A stretch of 64,000 nucleotides of DNA. It comes from Trueperaceae bacterium. Its GTDB lineage: Bacteria > Deinococcota > Deinococci > Deinococcales > Trueperaceae. Position numbers and translations under genes: made by a program. The notes below the pieces were generated by a model. It saw only the letters and a program-made list of their open reading frames with translations. It had not been told where the DNA came from and did not search any database. Positions within the stretch are counted from its first letter, which is position 1. Each line of letters begins with the position of its first letter. Of the stretch, positions 55,323 to 64,000 are shown in pieces. The DNA lies in NCBI GenBank assembly GCA_965214405.1, contig OZ243956.1, positions 2,016,001 to 2,080,000 of the forward strand, given 5' to 3'.

Positions 55323-55639
55323 GCGGCCCGCCTCGCGGTGTAGGGAGTGTAGGCGTCGGGCGGGGTCAGGGTGCCTTCTAGGGCTTCGAGACGCGCCTCG
55401 AATTCGCCCACCTCTACCGCTTTCAGGTAGACGCTGGCGCTTTGGGAGAGGGCGTGGGTGAGTTTGCAGAGTTCGGCGGTGTCTACCTCTTCGGCGTCGC
55501 TTACTTTACTTAGATGATGCTCGAGCTTGGTGATGGCGCTCCATAGCACCTTGGTTAAGTCGTTGACGGTGCCCGGCTTGGGGCGGCGTTTGTTCTTTTT
55601 GGCTTGTCTCGCTTTATAGGGTTTGGTGTCTCCGGGCAT
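55319..55639 (-). CDS. Hypothetical helical protein with basic N-terminus and C-terminal EARLEALE
   Basis: 106 aa, SD GGGGG; KAVEVGEFEARLEALEG. Confidence 0.75.
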   Translation of the reverse strand: MPGDTKPYKARQAKKNKRRPKPGTVNDLTKVLWSAITKLEHHLSKVSDAEEVDTAELCKLTHALSQSASVYLKAVEVGEFEARLEALEGTLTPPDAYTPYTARRAA

Positions 55640-55642
55640 CTC

Positions 55643-55960
55643 CTACCCCCCCCTTTCTGTTGACATGAGCTTTAACAGGTCGGAAAGTCTAAAGACGGCT
55701 AACGGTTCTTTGCGGTCGCCTTTCAGGATGAGCCCATCACGATGCTCGAGCCAGCCGTATAGGGTCTTGAAGTCGGCTCTAGCTTTGCACTCTAGGCACA
55801 CCTCACCTAAGCCGGGTAACTCTGCTACCACGTCGCCGGGGTAGTCCTTGGCGGCTCCTGAGAGGGGTACGCGTTTGGCGTGTACCCCTCCCTCGGTAAG
55901 GCGCTTGACGATTTCGCGCTCGAGGCGGTCCCCCTTACGTTTGGGGGCTCTACCGCTCAT
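55643..55960 (-). CDS. Holliday junction resolvase-like PD-(D/E)xK nuclease (Hjc type)
   Basis: KRKGDRLEREIV, RVPLSGA, PGDVV, LECK. Confidence 0.82.
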   Translation of the reverse strand: MSGRAPKRKGDRLEREIVKRLTEGGVHAKRVPLSGAAKDYPGDVVAELPGLGEVCLECKARADFKTLYGWLEHRDGLILKGDRKEPLAVFRLSDLLKLMSTERGG

Positions 55961-56543
55961 GGTCGTCATCCTCCCGCGCGGGTAACGCACAGTGCAGTTC
56001 GTCAAAAGCAGACGCGGGCGGCTCACCCCATGAGGTGAGGTAACGCTTAGCTTTGGTCGTGACGACGCCCCACGGGTAGGCACGCACAGCGGCGGTGATG
56101 TGGTTTTCTTTGGCGTTCACAATCATGTACTCCCCCATGTCGAGAGAAACGGGCGCGTACTTCTTTACCAGTTGCGCGGCTACGGCTTTAGTCTGTGCGG
56201 GGTCGGTGCTCCAATGGTCTTGTGAGGGTGAAAAGTTTTGAGTATTCCCTACTAGCGAACCGACAAAACCGACAAAAGGGGGGGTGAGGGGACTTCTGTC
56301 GGTGGTGTCGGTTCGTTTCTTGGGTACATCTAAAACTTTTGGGGTGTCGTCTTGGTTTCTGGCTTGTGCTTGTGAGAGAGAAAAGTTTTGATTTTCCCCC
56401 GTTAGGGAACTGACAAAACTGACAGAAGGGGTGGTACGGGGGCTTTCGTCAGTTTTGTCAGTTCGTTCTTGGGGAGTATCCAAAACTTTTTTCTGTTCGT
56501 CCTCCGGTTGCCAGGTCGCCCAACGGCTTGTGAACGTCGTCAT
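55950..56543 (-). CDS. Hypothetical protein overlapping a 150-bp repeated origin-like sequence
   Basis: ATGA overlap with the DUF3987 gene; duplicated 50-aa block KVLD.P..RTD.TD.SP.TP..V.FV.SL.G..QNFS.SQ. Confidence 0.6.
   Translation of the reverse strand: MTTFTSRWATWQPEDEQKKVLDTPQERTDKTDESPRTTPSVSFVSSLTGENQNFSLSQAQARNQDDTPKVLDVPKKRTDTTDRSPLTPPFVGFVGSLVGNTQNFSPSQDHWSTDPAQTKAVAAQLVKKYAPVSLDMGEYMIVNAKENHITAAVRAYPWGVVTTKAKRYLTSWGEPPASAFDELHCALPAREDDDHER
56218..56490. repeat. Two 150-bp-period units, each with inverted iteron-like repeats
   Basis: AACCGACAAAACCGAC...GTCGGTGGTGTCGGTT (56258-56313) and AACTGACAAAACTGAC...GTCAGTTTTGTCAGTT (56408-56463). Confidence 0.75.
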
Positions 56544-59011
56544 TTCTCCCCCCTCAGTTCGGGATGTAGCCGTATCTTTAGGGTCGGGCGTCCCCCGGTG
56601 CTTTCTTCCTCCGTGCGGATGTAGTGGTGCTCGGCTAAAACCTCGAGCCCTTGCATGACAAGCTCTTTCGTGTCGAGCCCTTCCCATTCCTTGCGGTAGA
56701 TGTCCCTTACCGTGGTGCCGTCTTTAAGTGCCCCGTCGTCTATCTTCTCGAGTAGTGCTCTCGCGGCAATGAGGTGCGCGCTTATCTCTTTGCTGTAAAG
56801 CTTGACAGCGTGCGCTTCCAGGTACTCGCACCAGGCGGCGGCACATCTAGCCGCGTCTAAGGACACCGGGCCGGGCGGGGCACCGTCTACAATCGCCACG
56901 AGGTGAAAGACGAGAGCCAAGGCGGGCATCAGTGAACGATACTTACTGAGGTGCGATTCAAAGGCGGGTTTGTGCGAGAGGTCGTCACTTCTTAAACGGT
57001 GCTCGAGTTCTTCCCGCCACTCGTCAAACAGTTCTTGGGCGTCGTCAGAGAAGCGCAACGCCGGGATGTCGCCCTCTTGGGCGTCTAACCCCAACGTCGC
57101 GGTGTCGAGGTTGTCGAGGGCTTCAAAGACGGCGTAGGCGCGGCGTTTCGCTTCGCCGTCGGGCCAGCGGTCTACGTTGACGAACGCGCCCACCCGGTCG
57201 GGCCACACGACAAGCTGAAAGCGTTGCAAGAGCCCGTCAGCGCCCCCGCCGCCTGCGATGGCTTCGTAGGTAGCGTTCTAACTTACCGGGCTGGATGCCG
57301 CCCAAGATGCTTACACAGAGCCCCGGTATATGGACAGTGCCGCGTCCTATCCGGTCAACGGTATAGCTACCTGTACCGTTCCAGGCTTCCAGGTAAAACT
57401 CGCGGTCGCCCTCCCTACCAGGACGTTCTAAGGTGCCTAGCCAGCCCGCTAGCTCATCGCGCAGAACAAGCAAGCCGCGCGGGTTTTCTCGCAAGAGTTC
57501 GCCTAGCTTTTCGGTGGTCGGGTCTTGAGTCATGTAACGGCGTTCGGTAACGGTTGCCTCTTCTAGCTGTGCGTTTAGGTCACGCAACACCTCGGTGAAG
57601 TTGGCATGGATGCCGCCGTTCTTGGCGTCCTTTTTGGCCTTTTCTTTCAGGGCGGACACCTCTAGCTCGAGCCGGGTGCGCTCGGCTTGCGCTTGTGCTT
57701 CCTCCTCTTGGTAACGCTCACGCGCCTTAATAGCGAGGGCGCGTACAGGCTTTGTGGCCTCGCTTATCGCGGTGGTCTTCATCAGGCCGGGCCTGCCGAC
57801 GACGCCGCCCCAGAAATTTGCTGTTGCCAACCAATCGTCAAAACGTTTGGGGTGGATGCCGACGCCCCGCCCAATGACCGCGCCTAGAGCGACCAAAGCA
57901 GGACAGGCAACGAACTCTAAGGGGAGTGAGGTACGTTCGGCTATGTCTATCAGCCAAGCGCGTAAAGGGTCGGGTAGTAGCTCGGGAGGTAACGAGGGAA
58001 CGGGCGGGTGAAGGGCGGGAATATCGCCTAGCGGCTCCCAAGGTTCTTCATCGGCGGGTGCGTCTTTATCTTCGGGTGTGGAGGTACTCGAGCCAACGGA
58101 CGCGGCCCGCCCATCTTTGTCGTAGCCCATGCCCAACCCTTCGGCGGCCTCTTTCACCGCCGCCTTGATATCGCCGCCGTGCGCGAGCATGAGCCAAGCA
58201 CTAAAGGCGTCGTGCGCGTGCCCGTCGGCTAAGGGGTCGCTCGCGTGGTGACTGTAGGCGCGTTCTACGCCGTCGTCACCTTTTAGGATAGTCACGCCCG
58301 CTAAGCCGGTGCTGCTGTGCGGGCTCAAGTAGCGGTCATGTCCTTTAGAGATGTAACTGTTATCGTCAAGCACATTTTGTAGGTGCGCGGGGGAGGTGGG
58401 GCGTTCCAGGGTTGCGCTTTGTCGAGTACGGGTTTGAGGACTCCCCAGTTCTCCCAAAGTGCCAGTAGGCCACCCGGTAGCTCGGGGATGTCGTCACGGC
58501 TTAGCGGCGGCTCAGGCTCCCAGGTGTAGGGCTTGCCTGTGTCGGGATGGATTGAAGGGGGTAGCACGTCCTGTACCAGCCCGGCCCGTAGCTCGAGCAC
58601 CGTTATAGCCTTGTCTGCGTCGGGCGGTTTCCAGGAAAGTGCTTTACGGTTTAGCTCTACCCCTTCAGGCAGACGGTACACGGGCTTCAAACCTTTTGCG
58701 CCGCGTATCTTGGGGCCGGGTGCGGTTAGCAGCTCGTCTAAGCTGATACCTACGGACGCCAAAGCCAGCGCGGCCCATTCAGGATGGTCAATATCCAACA
58801 CGGCGGTTCTGCTCGCGCCGTGGTGTAAGCCGACGCCGCCGCCGTACTCCCAGACGTGCGCGGCCTCGGCTGGGGTGGTCACGGGCTTGTCCTGCCAGCC
58901 GTTTGTGCGTGGTCCTTTGGTACCGGGCGGGATGTGGACGAGGCCAAAGCGTAGGGTCTCGAGGTAGTGCTCGAGGTTGGGTGCTAAGGCAGGAGAAGAG
59001 GGGGCGGTCAT
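56540..59011 (-). pseudogene. Bifunctional primase-polymerase fused to a DUF3987 (YfjI-like) ATPase, broken into three ORFs
   Basis: TKGPRTNGW, VLDID, VLPPSIHPDTG (prim-pol); YLSPHSSTG; GRPGLMKT, RDELAGW, GGIQPG, DGLLQRF. Frame breaks near 58380 and 57270. Confidence 0.82.
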
Positions 59012-59388
59012 GCCCGCCCCTTGCTTATTCCGTTGTTGGGCTTATACCCGTAGCCGTAGCGGGCGATTTTTAGCGCCTCCCGTATTGTCAAATACGCGAC
59101 GTGTCGCGCATTTATAAAAGCTTCAATCATCGGCCAGCGGCTTGCTATCCTCATGTAATCTTGCGCGGTCCGCACACCACCGTCAAAGTTGTCATCGAGC
59201 CAAGGTAGCCACTCACCGTGGCGGACAGTAGTCTTAGCCTCGAGCAAGAGTTCGCCAGCAGCGCGGGCGTAAAACAAGGCTTGGCGGGCGTGGCTTTCAG
59301 CGGCGTGGTGGTTCTCGTTGATACGACCTGCTAAACTAGAGCTAGCGCCCCCCGCGCCGCCCCGGTCATCGAATCGGGGCGTTCCCAT
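59008..59388 (-). CDS. DUF3102-like protein
   Basis: AGELLLEAK...HGEWLPWL...RTAQDYMRIA. Confidence 0.8.
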   Translation of the reverse strand: MGTPRFDDRGGAGGASSSLAGRINENHHAAESHARQALFYARAAGELLLEAKTTVRHGEWLPWLDDNFDGGVRTAQDYMRIASRWPMIEAFINARHVAYLTIREALKIARYGYGYKPNNGISKGRA

Positions 59389-59580
59389 TTACGCCACCTC
59401 TCTTTCGTCGTGCCCTTCAAGCCACCTGTCGAGAGCTTCACGCCGGATGAGCACGCGCGCCCCAGCGCGGCGGTGGGGGATGGTGGGTAACATCTTGCGG
59501 AGCGTGACACGGCTTAAACCGGCGTAACGCGCGGCTTGGGCAGTGTTCATTACTTCGGGTTCGGCTTTCTTTGCTGTCAT
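59389..59580 (-). CDS. Excisionase-like HTH protein
   Basis: MNTAQAARYAGLSRVTL...IPHRRAGARVLIRREALDRWL; SD AGGAGG. Confidence 0.85.
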   Translation of the reverse strand: MTAKKAEPEVMNTAQAARYAGLSRVTLRKMLPTIPHRRAGARVLIRREALDRWLEGHDEREVA

Positions 59581-59643
59581 TCTGTGACCTCCTGAAACTA
59601 GAGTTAGAGCGCTCTGTTCTTAGGATGCCGTAGAATGTCCTCC

Positions 59644-60801
59644 ATGAAAACGGACGAAAACCGCTCACAAACTCTTATGTTTTTTTGGGTCGCTCAGAGT
59701 TATGAAGCGCGTTGGGCCGAATCCCCTGAAGAGGTGCCTATTTACGATGTATCGCGGGGCTTTCCCCTTAGCGCAGGGGCTGACCTTGTACATAAAAAGG
59801 CGCTAGCAGACCCCAATGATATAAATGAGTTACGGCCTTTGCTGCGTGGTGATGCACGTTACAGCCACCTAATAGATACATGGGAGCCGAACCCGCCGCC
59901 CACAGAGGGCTACCCGCGTCTCGTGCGGGAGGATGTAGCGCGGCATGTGTGGGGGACTAGCTGTACTGATGCGGATGTCGTCGGGGACGTTAACAAACTC
60001 GCAAGGCACATATCTGCATGGCTTGCGGGAAAACCCGTAGAAGTGCTGAAACGAGAAATTTTAGAGCTGAATGCGAAATACGGCGCTCCGTACAGTGCCG
60101 AAGATAATACTCTCGAGGCTTGGTTAAAGCTTGCAGTCGAAACAAAGGTGCATATCGCAGCCATGCGCGAACTGCGCTCCAGTTACAAAGAGATGTGTAC
60201 TTGGCTTGAAACTGAGTACGAAAATCTGGCTAATAAACAAGTTTTTGATGAAAGAGGGTTCGAGCTAGCAACAGAGAAGGCAGAGCTTAGCCCTAGAGGA
60301 CCTAGAGGCATCGTGCAGCCTGCTAATCCGTTCGCCCACATGATTGCAGACTTTGATAACCCCCTCGACTCCTGGGAGCTAAACGTGTTGGGGAAGCTTG
60401 CGGACGCGGCACGAAACGCCAACGGTTCAATTAAGGTGCTCAGGGTAAGTTTAGCTGACGCGTTCAAGGCGTTTGCCAATTCTAACGTCACCATTGCCGA
60501 GGTTGTAAGGTCAAGAGGCGCTACATGGCTCCCTGAGAAAGACGACTACCGAGACGAGGCGCATAAGTTCAGGCTAAGGGTAGAAGATTACCTCATCGGC
60601 TCAAAAAACGTAACGGTGACCGTCCAGTCTAACGGCATTTTATGTTATGAGCCTATCGTCTTTTTTTTACGGCGGGAGCTTGCTAAGAAGTGGCGACACG
60701 GGGCGGAGGTGCGCCTGTGCAAAAAGTGTGGCCTTCCCTTTCCTCCCTCGAGGTCAAACATCAAATACTGTAACGCACACGCTTACGTATCCTCCCGATG
60801 A
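59644..60801 (+). CDS. Hypothetical protein with C-terminal zinc finger (CGNR-like)
   Basis: Ends RLCKKCGLPFPPSRSNIKYCNAH; TAGAAT 7 nt before ATG 59644. Confidence 0.72.
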   Translation: MKTDENRSQTLMFFWVAQSYEARWAESPEEVPIYDVSRGFPLSAGADLVHKKALADPNDINELRPLLRGDARYSHLIDTWEPNPPPTEGYPRLVREDVARHVWGTSCTDADVVGDVNKLARHISAWLAGKPVEVLKREILELNAKYGAPYSAEDNTLEAWLKLAVETKVHIAAMRELRSSYKEMCTWLETEYENLANKQVFDERGFELATEKAELSPRGPRGIVQPANPFAHMIADFDNPLDSWELNVLGKLADAARNANGSIKVLRVSLADAFKAFANSNVTIAEVVRSRGATWLPEKDDYRDEAHKFRLRVEDYLIGSKNVTVTVQSNGILCYEPIVFFLRRELAKKWRHGAEVRLCKKCGLPFPPSRSNIKYCNAHAYVSSR

Positions 60802-60982
60802 TGAAAAAAGCCGGTGCCACACAGCCTTAACGCTTAAGGTGCTTTGCACCTTAACTGCACCTACAAGCCCCGTTAACCCTCTGTTTCCGCCCCTTACCCG
60901 CTATAAACAGAACAAAGGTTTATACCGTTCTGCACGCTATATCTACATTTCCCTGTATATACCTGTTTTGCCCTTGCGCCCA

Positions 60983-61028
60983 CCTTCTAAGCGATAGGTC
61001 GAGGGTTCGAGTCCTTCCTGGTGCGCCA
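60983..61028 (+). repeat. Right att core (3' part of tRNA-Arg)
   Basis: 46-bp identity to 43243-43288. Confidence 0.95.
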
Positions 61029-61104
61029 AATCATAGAGGCAAAAGCGCACCTCTTGACACGTTGTGACAGAGGGCGCTTCTGCTTTTCGCGTATATGCGT
61101 TTCC

Positions 61105-61266
61105 TTAGAAACCAGCTCTACTCGTGACCACGCTCTTGGTCCTTTTCCAGACCCTCCTGCCGGTTTTCAGAAGAGCGCTCGTCGGTGCTGCCGCTCGAGC
61201 CCGTGTCCGCGTCCTCGCTGGGGCCGGGTAAGTCTTCGTGTTTGTCGTCACGTGCGGTTTTGTCAT
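61105..61266 (-). CDS. Possible small basic protein
   Basis: MTKPHVTTNTK..., purine-rich SD-like sequence upstream; no recognisable family. Confidence 0.35.
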   Translation of the reverse strand: MTKPHVTTNTKTYPAPARTRTRARAAAPTSALLKTGRRVWKRTKSVVTSRAGF

Positions 61267-61563
61267 TTGTAACCATTGTTTGCCTCCCTCTCCTTTATGA
61301 AGCAAAAGAGAGAGTCGTCATAGTGCGTTCGCTACGATGTTTGGACTCGAGCCGGGCCTCAAACCCCTCTTTCTCGGTAGCGTGAGGCGCGTAGACACTG
61401 TGTTCTTCCGTTTGAAGGCTGTTGCAGTCAACCTTTCTCACGTCGTGCTGATTTTGAGTAGACTGTAGGGGGCTGAAGATGTCTCGAGCACTACCCCAAA
61501 CCGCAAAAGTCTGTTAAACTTACAAGGCTGGCGTGATGAGCGCGGCGTTGCTAGGTAAAACAT

Positions 61564-61641
61564 GGTGGATGTAGCTCAGTAGGTTAGAGCACCGGATTGT
61601 GGTTCCGGGGGTCGTGGGTTCAAATCCCATCATCCACCCCA
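61564..61641 (+). tRNA. tRNA-His(GTG)
   Basis: G-1 plus GTGGATG acceptor stem, CCGGA-TTGTGGT-TCCGG anticodon arm, CCA end. Confidence 0.95.
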
Positions 61642-61749
61642 ACTTTTTTAGGGGTATAAAAGACCAGAGTACGTTTTAGCCAGACGTATCCTCAGTTACG
61701 CATCATAGATGCTACCTCTGACTGCATCACAGATGTTACCTCTGATCCT

Positions 61750-61834
61750 GCGAGGATGGCGGAATTGGTAGACGCGCTAGACTTAGGATCTAGTCCCTTC
61801 GGGGGTGTGGGTTCAAGTCCCATTCCTCGCACCA
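61750..61834 (+). tRNA. tRNA-Leu(TAG)
   Basis: GCGAGGA acceptor stem, CTAGA-CTTAGGA-TCTAG anticodon arm, long variable arm, ACCA end. Confidence 0.95.
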
Positions 61835-61920
61835 AAGAAAATGCGCCCCGTTCGACGGTTTTTTGTCGCGGGGCGTTACCTTTTTTCTGTACCTTGTTTT
61901 CCGTTTTCGGGTGCGCCCCT

Positions 61921-63357
61921 CTAATCTCCTCTCCAGACCGACAGGCCGCCCTCGAGCGTTCCCTGCGCTTTCACTCTGTACATCGCCTCGTCTGCGCGGC
62001 GCAGCAGCAGGTCGATTTTGTCGTTGGGCTCGCCCAGAGCGATCCCGACGCTCGCGCCGACCCTTACGGTCGCGTTTCCCAAAGCGTAAGGTTGGGAGAG
62101 AGCGGCGACGACGCGCTCGGCGACTCGAGCTGCGTCCGCTTCGTCAACATCGGACAAGAGAAGCGCGAACTCGTCGCCGCCCATGCGCGCGAAGGGTTCC
62201 TCGCCCCGCACGACGCCCCGTAGCCGCGCGGCCACCTCTTTGATAAGCCTGTCGCCCACTTCGTGACCCTGGGTGTCGTTCACAGCCTTGAAGCCGTTGA
62301 TATCGACGAACAGAAGCGCGATCGTCCAACCCCTGCGCTGCGCGAGCGCTTGCAGCGTCGCCGCGCGCTCGAAAAAGGCGCGGCGGTTGGGTAGCCCGGC
62401 CAGCTCGTCGTAGTAGGCGAGGCGGCGCATGTTTTCTTCGGCGTTTTTGTGCTCGGTCACGTCCGCGTAGGTCACCACCAGCCCGTCGCCGAGTTGCGCC
62501 GCCGAGAGGGCGTACCAGGCATCGGTCCCGTGTAAGCTGCTCTCCGCGGGCATAAAAAAGGTGTCTGTATAGGGCTCGCCGGTATCCACGACCGTGCTGT
62601 AGTTCCTAAAGAGGCTGCTGCCCACGAGGTGCGGGAGGATGTCTCCTAAGCGCTTACCCAGAAGGTCCTTTTCAGGACGCCTCAGGATAATCTCGGTCAC
62701 CGGGTTGGCTTTCAAAAAGGCAAAGTCAGTCACGTTAGCCTCCTCGTCGCGCACCGCTTCGTAGGCGATCACGCCCATCGGGGCGGTGGCTAGCACGCGG
62801 TTGAGGAGCGCCTCGCTCCGCCTGAGCGCGTTCTCGGTCTGTTGACGCTCCAGGATCGCGCCCACCCACTGACCGAGCAAACGGACGAACTCTCTGTCTT
62901 CGTCACCAAAGGCTTTGGCGCGCGGCGTGGCGCTCGAGAAGTTGAGCGTGCCGTAGCGCTCCCCGTTGACAAACAAGGGCACGCCGATATAGGTTTCCAG
63001 GGCAAAAGCCGCATAACACGGATGGTGACGGTGTGCCGAATCCGCCATGTGATCGATGCTGAGGACGTCGTCCGCTTCCAGGGTGATGGCGCAGCAGGTG
63101 TTGCCCAAAGAAAACCGGTCACCCGGTTGGGGTGCCGCGCCGGGCGCGTAGCAGTGGGTCACGGTGTAACGGTCGCCCTCGACGCGGCTAATGATGCCCA
63201 GGTCGAGCTCCAAAAACCCGGTCACCAGCGCCAGCGCCTCGCTTAGTTGCACCCCCAGGTCATCCTGGCGGCGGGTAAGCACCTTGTAAAGCAGCCGCAG
63301 TCGCTCGACGTACTTGTGCTGGGCGTCGCGCCGGGTGGAGGGTACGGGCGCATTCAC
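61921..63357 (-). CDS. GAF-PAS diguanylate cyclase
   Basis: YGTLNFSS GAF, PAS, LPNRR, FKAVND..GH..GD, intact RMGGDEF. Confidence 0.9.
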   Translation of the reverse strand: MNAPVPSTRRDAQHKYVERLRLLYKVLTRRQDDLGVQLSEALALVTGFLELDLGIISRVEGDRYTVTHCYAPGAAPQPGDRFSLGNTCCAITLEADDVLSIDHMADSAHRHHPCYAAFALETYIGVPLFVNGERYGTLNFSSATPRAKAFGDEDREFVRLLGQWVGAILERQQTENALRRSEALLNRVLATAPMGVIAYEAVRDEEANVTDFAFLKANPVTEIILRRPEKDLLGKRLGDILPHLVGSSLFRNYSTVVDTGEPYTDTFFMPAESSLHGTDAWYALSAAQLGDGLVVTYADVTEHKNAEENMRRLAYYDELAGLPNRRAFFERAATLQALAQRRGWTIALLFVDINGFKAVNDTQGHEVGDRLIKEVAARLRGVVRGEEPFARMGGDEFALLLSDVDEADAARVAERVVAALSQPYALGNATVRVGASVGIALGEPNDKIDLLLRRADEAMYRVKAQGTLEGGLSVWRGD

Positions 63358-63627
63358 GCGTGTAAAACCATTTCTGTACTCTCTCTCGGTATAGGTTCTT
63401 CAACGTGTGACGCACACCCCAGTCAGGCCGCGTCGACTTCTAAAACGTGGCGATAGGGCTTCTGGTCGCCCCAAACGCGTCAGCCAGCGCCGCACGAAGA
63501 TGTTGCTTTCACATCCGGTAGAAATTCCAGAACGAAAAGCGCGACGTGGGCCTCGTTGGATCATCAGAACACTTTGAGCGCGTCTTAAGCTGTAAAATTT
63601 TCCAAATGTGGCGGCTCTACGCCGTGA

Positions 63628-63766
63628 CAGGCTTTTATCATCACGTCTTTCCAGGAGCGTTCGGAAGGTCGGGACCTGAGAAAACGTCAGACTCGGTACC
63701 CGGTATTTTTTTGCTAAAGCCAAAGAAGCGTTTAATAGCTTCCGTGATGCTCATGACGGAAGCTTG
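63628..63766. mobile_element. MITE-like element, copy 2 (more degenerate)
   Basis: CAGGCTTTTATCATCACGTCT..AGGAGCGTTC matches the reverse complement of 2015-2049; right end ATAGCTT..TGATGCTCATGACGGAAGCTTG matches the reverse complement of 1884-1918. Confidence 0.65.
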
Positions 63767-63955
63767 TATGTATCAGAGGGGTTGGGTGTGCGTCGCTTGC
63801 AATCCTGTAGACTAAAGCGTTACGCCCTCAGGGTTGTGAGACTCATAAAGATTTGGGTGGGGCAAAGGCAACCAAAAACCTGTGCGGCTCGAGCCCCAGA
63901 ACTCCACATGAACTGATGAGCACCCCACGAACTGATGGGCACCCAAGGAGAAGCT

Positions 63956-64000
63956 ATGCAAACGCAGATGTTGGAAAAAGAATCAATCAGGGCCAAGTTT
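63956..64000 (+). CDS. Start of an unidentified gene running off the window
   Basis: SD AAGGAG then ATG (MQTQMLEKESIRAKF). Confidence 0.45.
   Translation, partial: MQTQMLEKESIRAKF

Larger units (their letters stand above)
43243..61028. mobile_element. tRNA-Arg-integrated element, 17,740 bp between att cores (satellite/IME-like)
   Basis: Identical 46-bp direct repeat CCTTCTAAGCGATAGG...GGTGCGCCA at 43243-43288 and 60983-61028; integrase adjacent; no capsid, tail or T4SS genes recognised. Confidence 0.93.

Noticed and set aside
57230..58460. Programmed ribosomal frameshifting in the primase gene
   Set aside because: No slippery heptamer is evident at either break, and the first break seems to lack coding sequence; decay or error is simpler.
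43289..60982. Complete prophage or ICE
   Set aside because: No capsid, portal, large terminase, tail, lysis, relaxase or T4SS genes recognised.
60983..61028. Second tRNA-Arg gene
   Set aside because: Only the 3' 46 nt are present; this is the att duplication.
61756..62223. 155-aa ORF (also 42715-42927 and 43153-43374)
   Set aside because: These overlap tRNA genes and are spurious translations.
63910..63945. GAACTGATG(A/G)GCACCC direct repeat before the last gene
   Set aside because: Only two copies at the window edge; cannot distinguish an operator from a chance duplication.

Overview
GC-rich bacterial chromosome segment. Gene content, frequent -10 boxes directly before start codons and a strong excess of CTCGAG suggest Deinococcota, possibly Truepera-like (inference). 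Positions 1-43 kb hold mostly housekeeping and metabolic genes: a Cys/Met PLP enzyme, hisF, a PecS/PecM-like pair, lptB, aceE/aceF, a LOV histidine-kinase relay, an AAA+/VWA pair, copZ-csoR with a deleted copA, a lexA-like gene, araBDA, a two-component system, Cu/Zn SOD, miaB and three tRNAs. A 17,740-bp integrative element sits in tRNA-Arg(TCT), with 46-bp att repeats at 43243 and 60983. It carries a tyrosine integrase, an XRE switch, a low-GC membrane-protein cassette, a type I R-M locus whose hsdM is split by an IS4-family element, and a frameshifted primase-polymerase/DUF3987 replication gene. Its most unusual part is a translationally coupled run of five unrelated small ORFs that all begin M-[RS]-L-x-x-R-L-x-x-L-E, preceded by a gene carrying the same RLxxLE motif near its C-terminus and followed by two 27-28-bp-period repeat arrays. 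tRNA-His, tRNA-Leu and a diguanylate cyclase follow the element. Several small dispersed repeat families (a MITE, heptamer hairpins, GGTATCATC hairpins) lie in intergenic regions. Family assignments come from motif recognition only; no searches were run.
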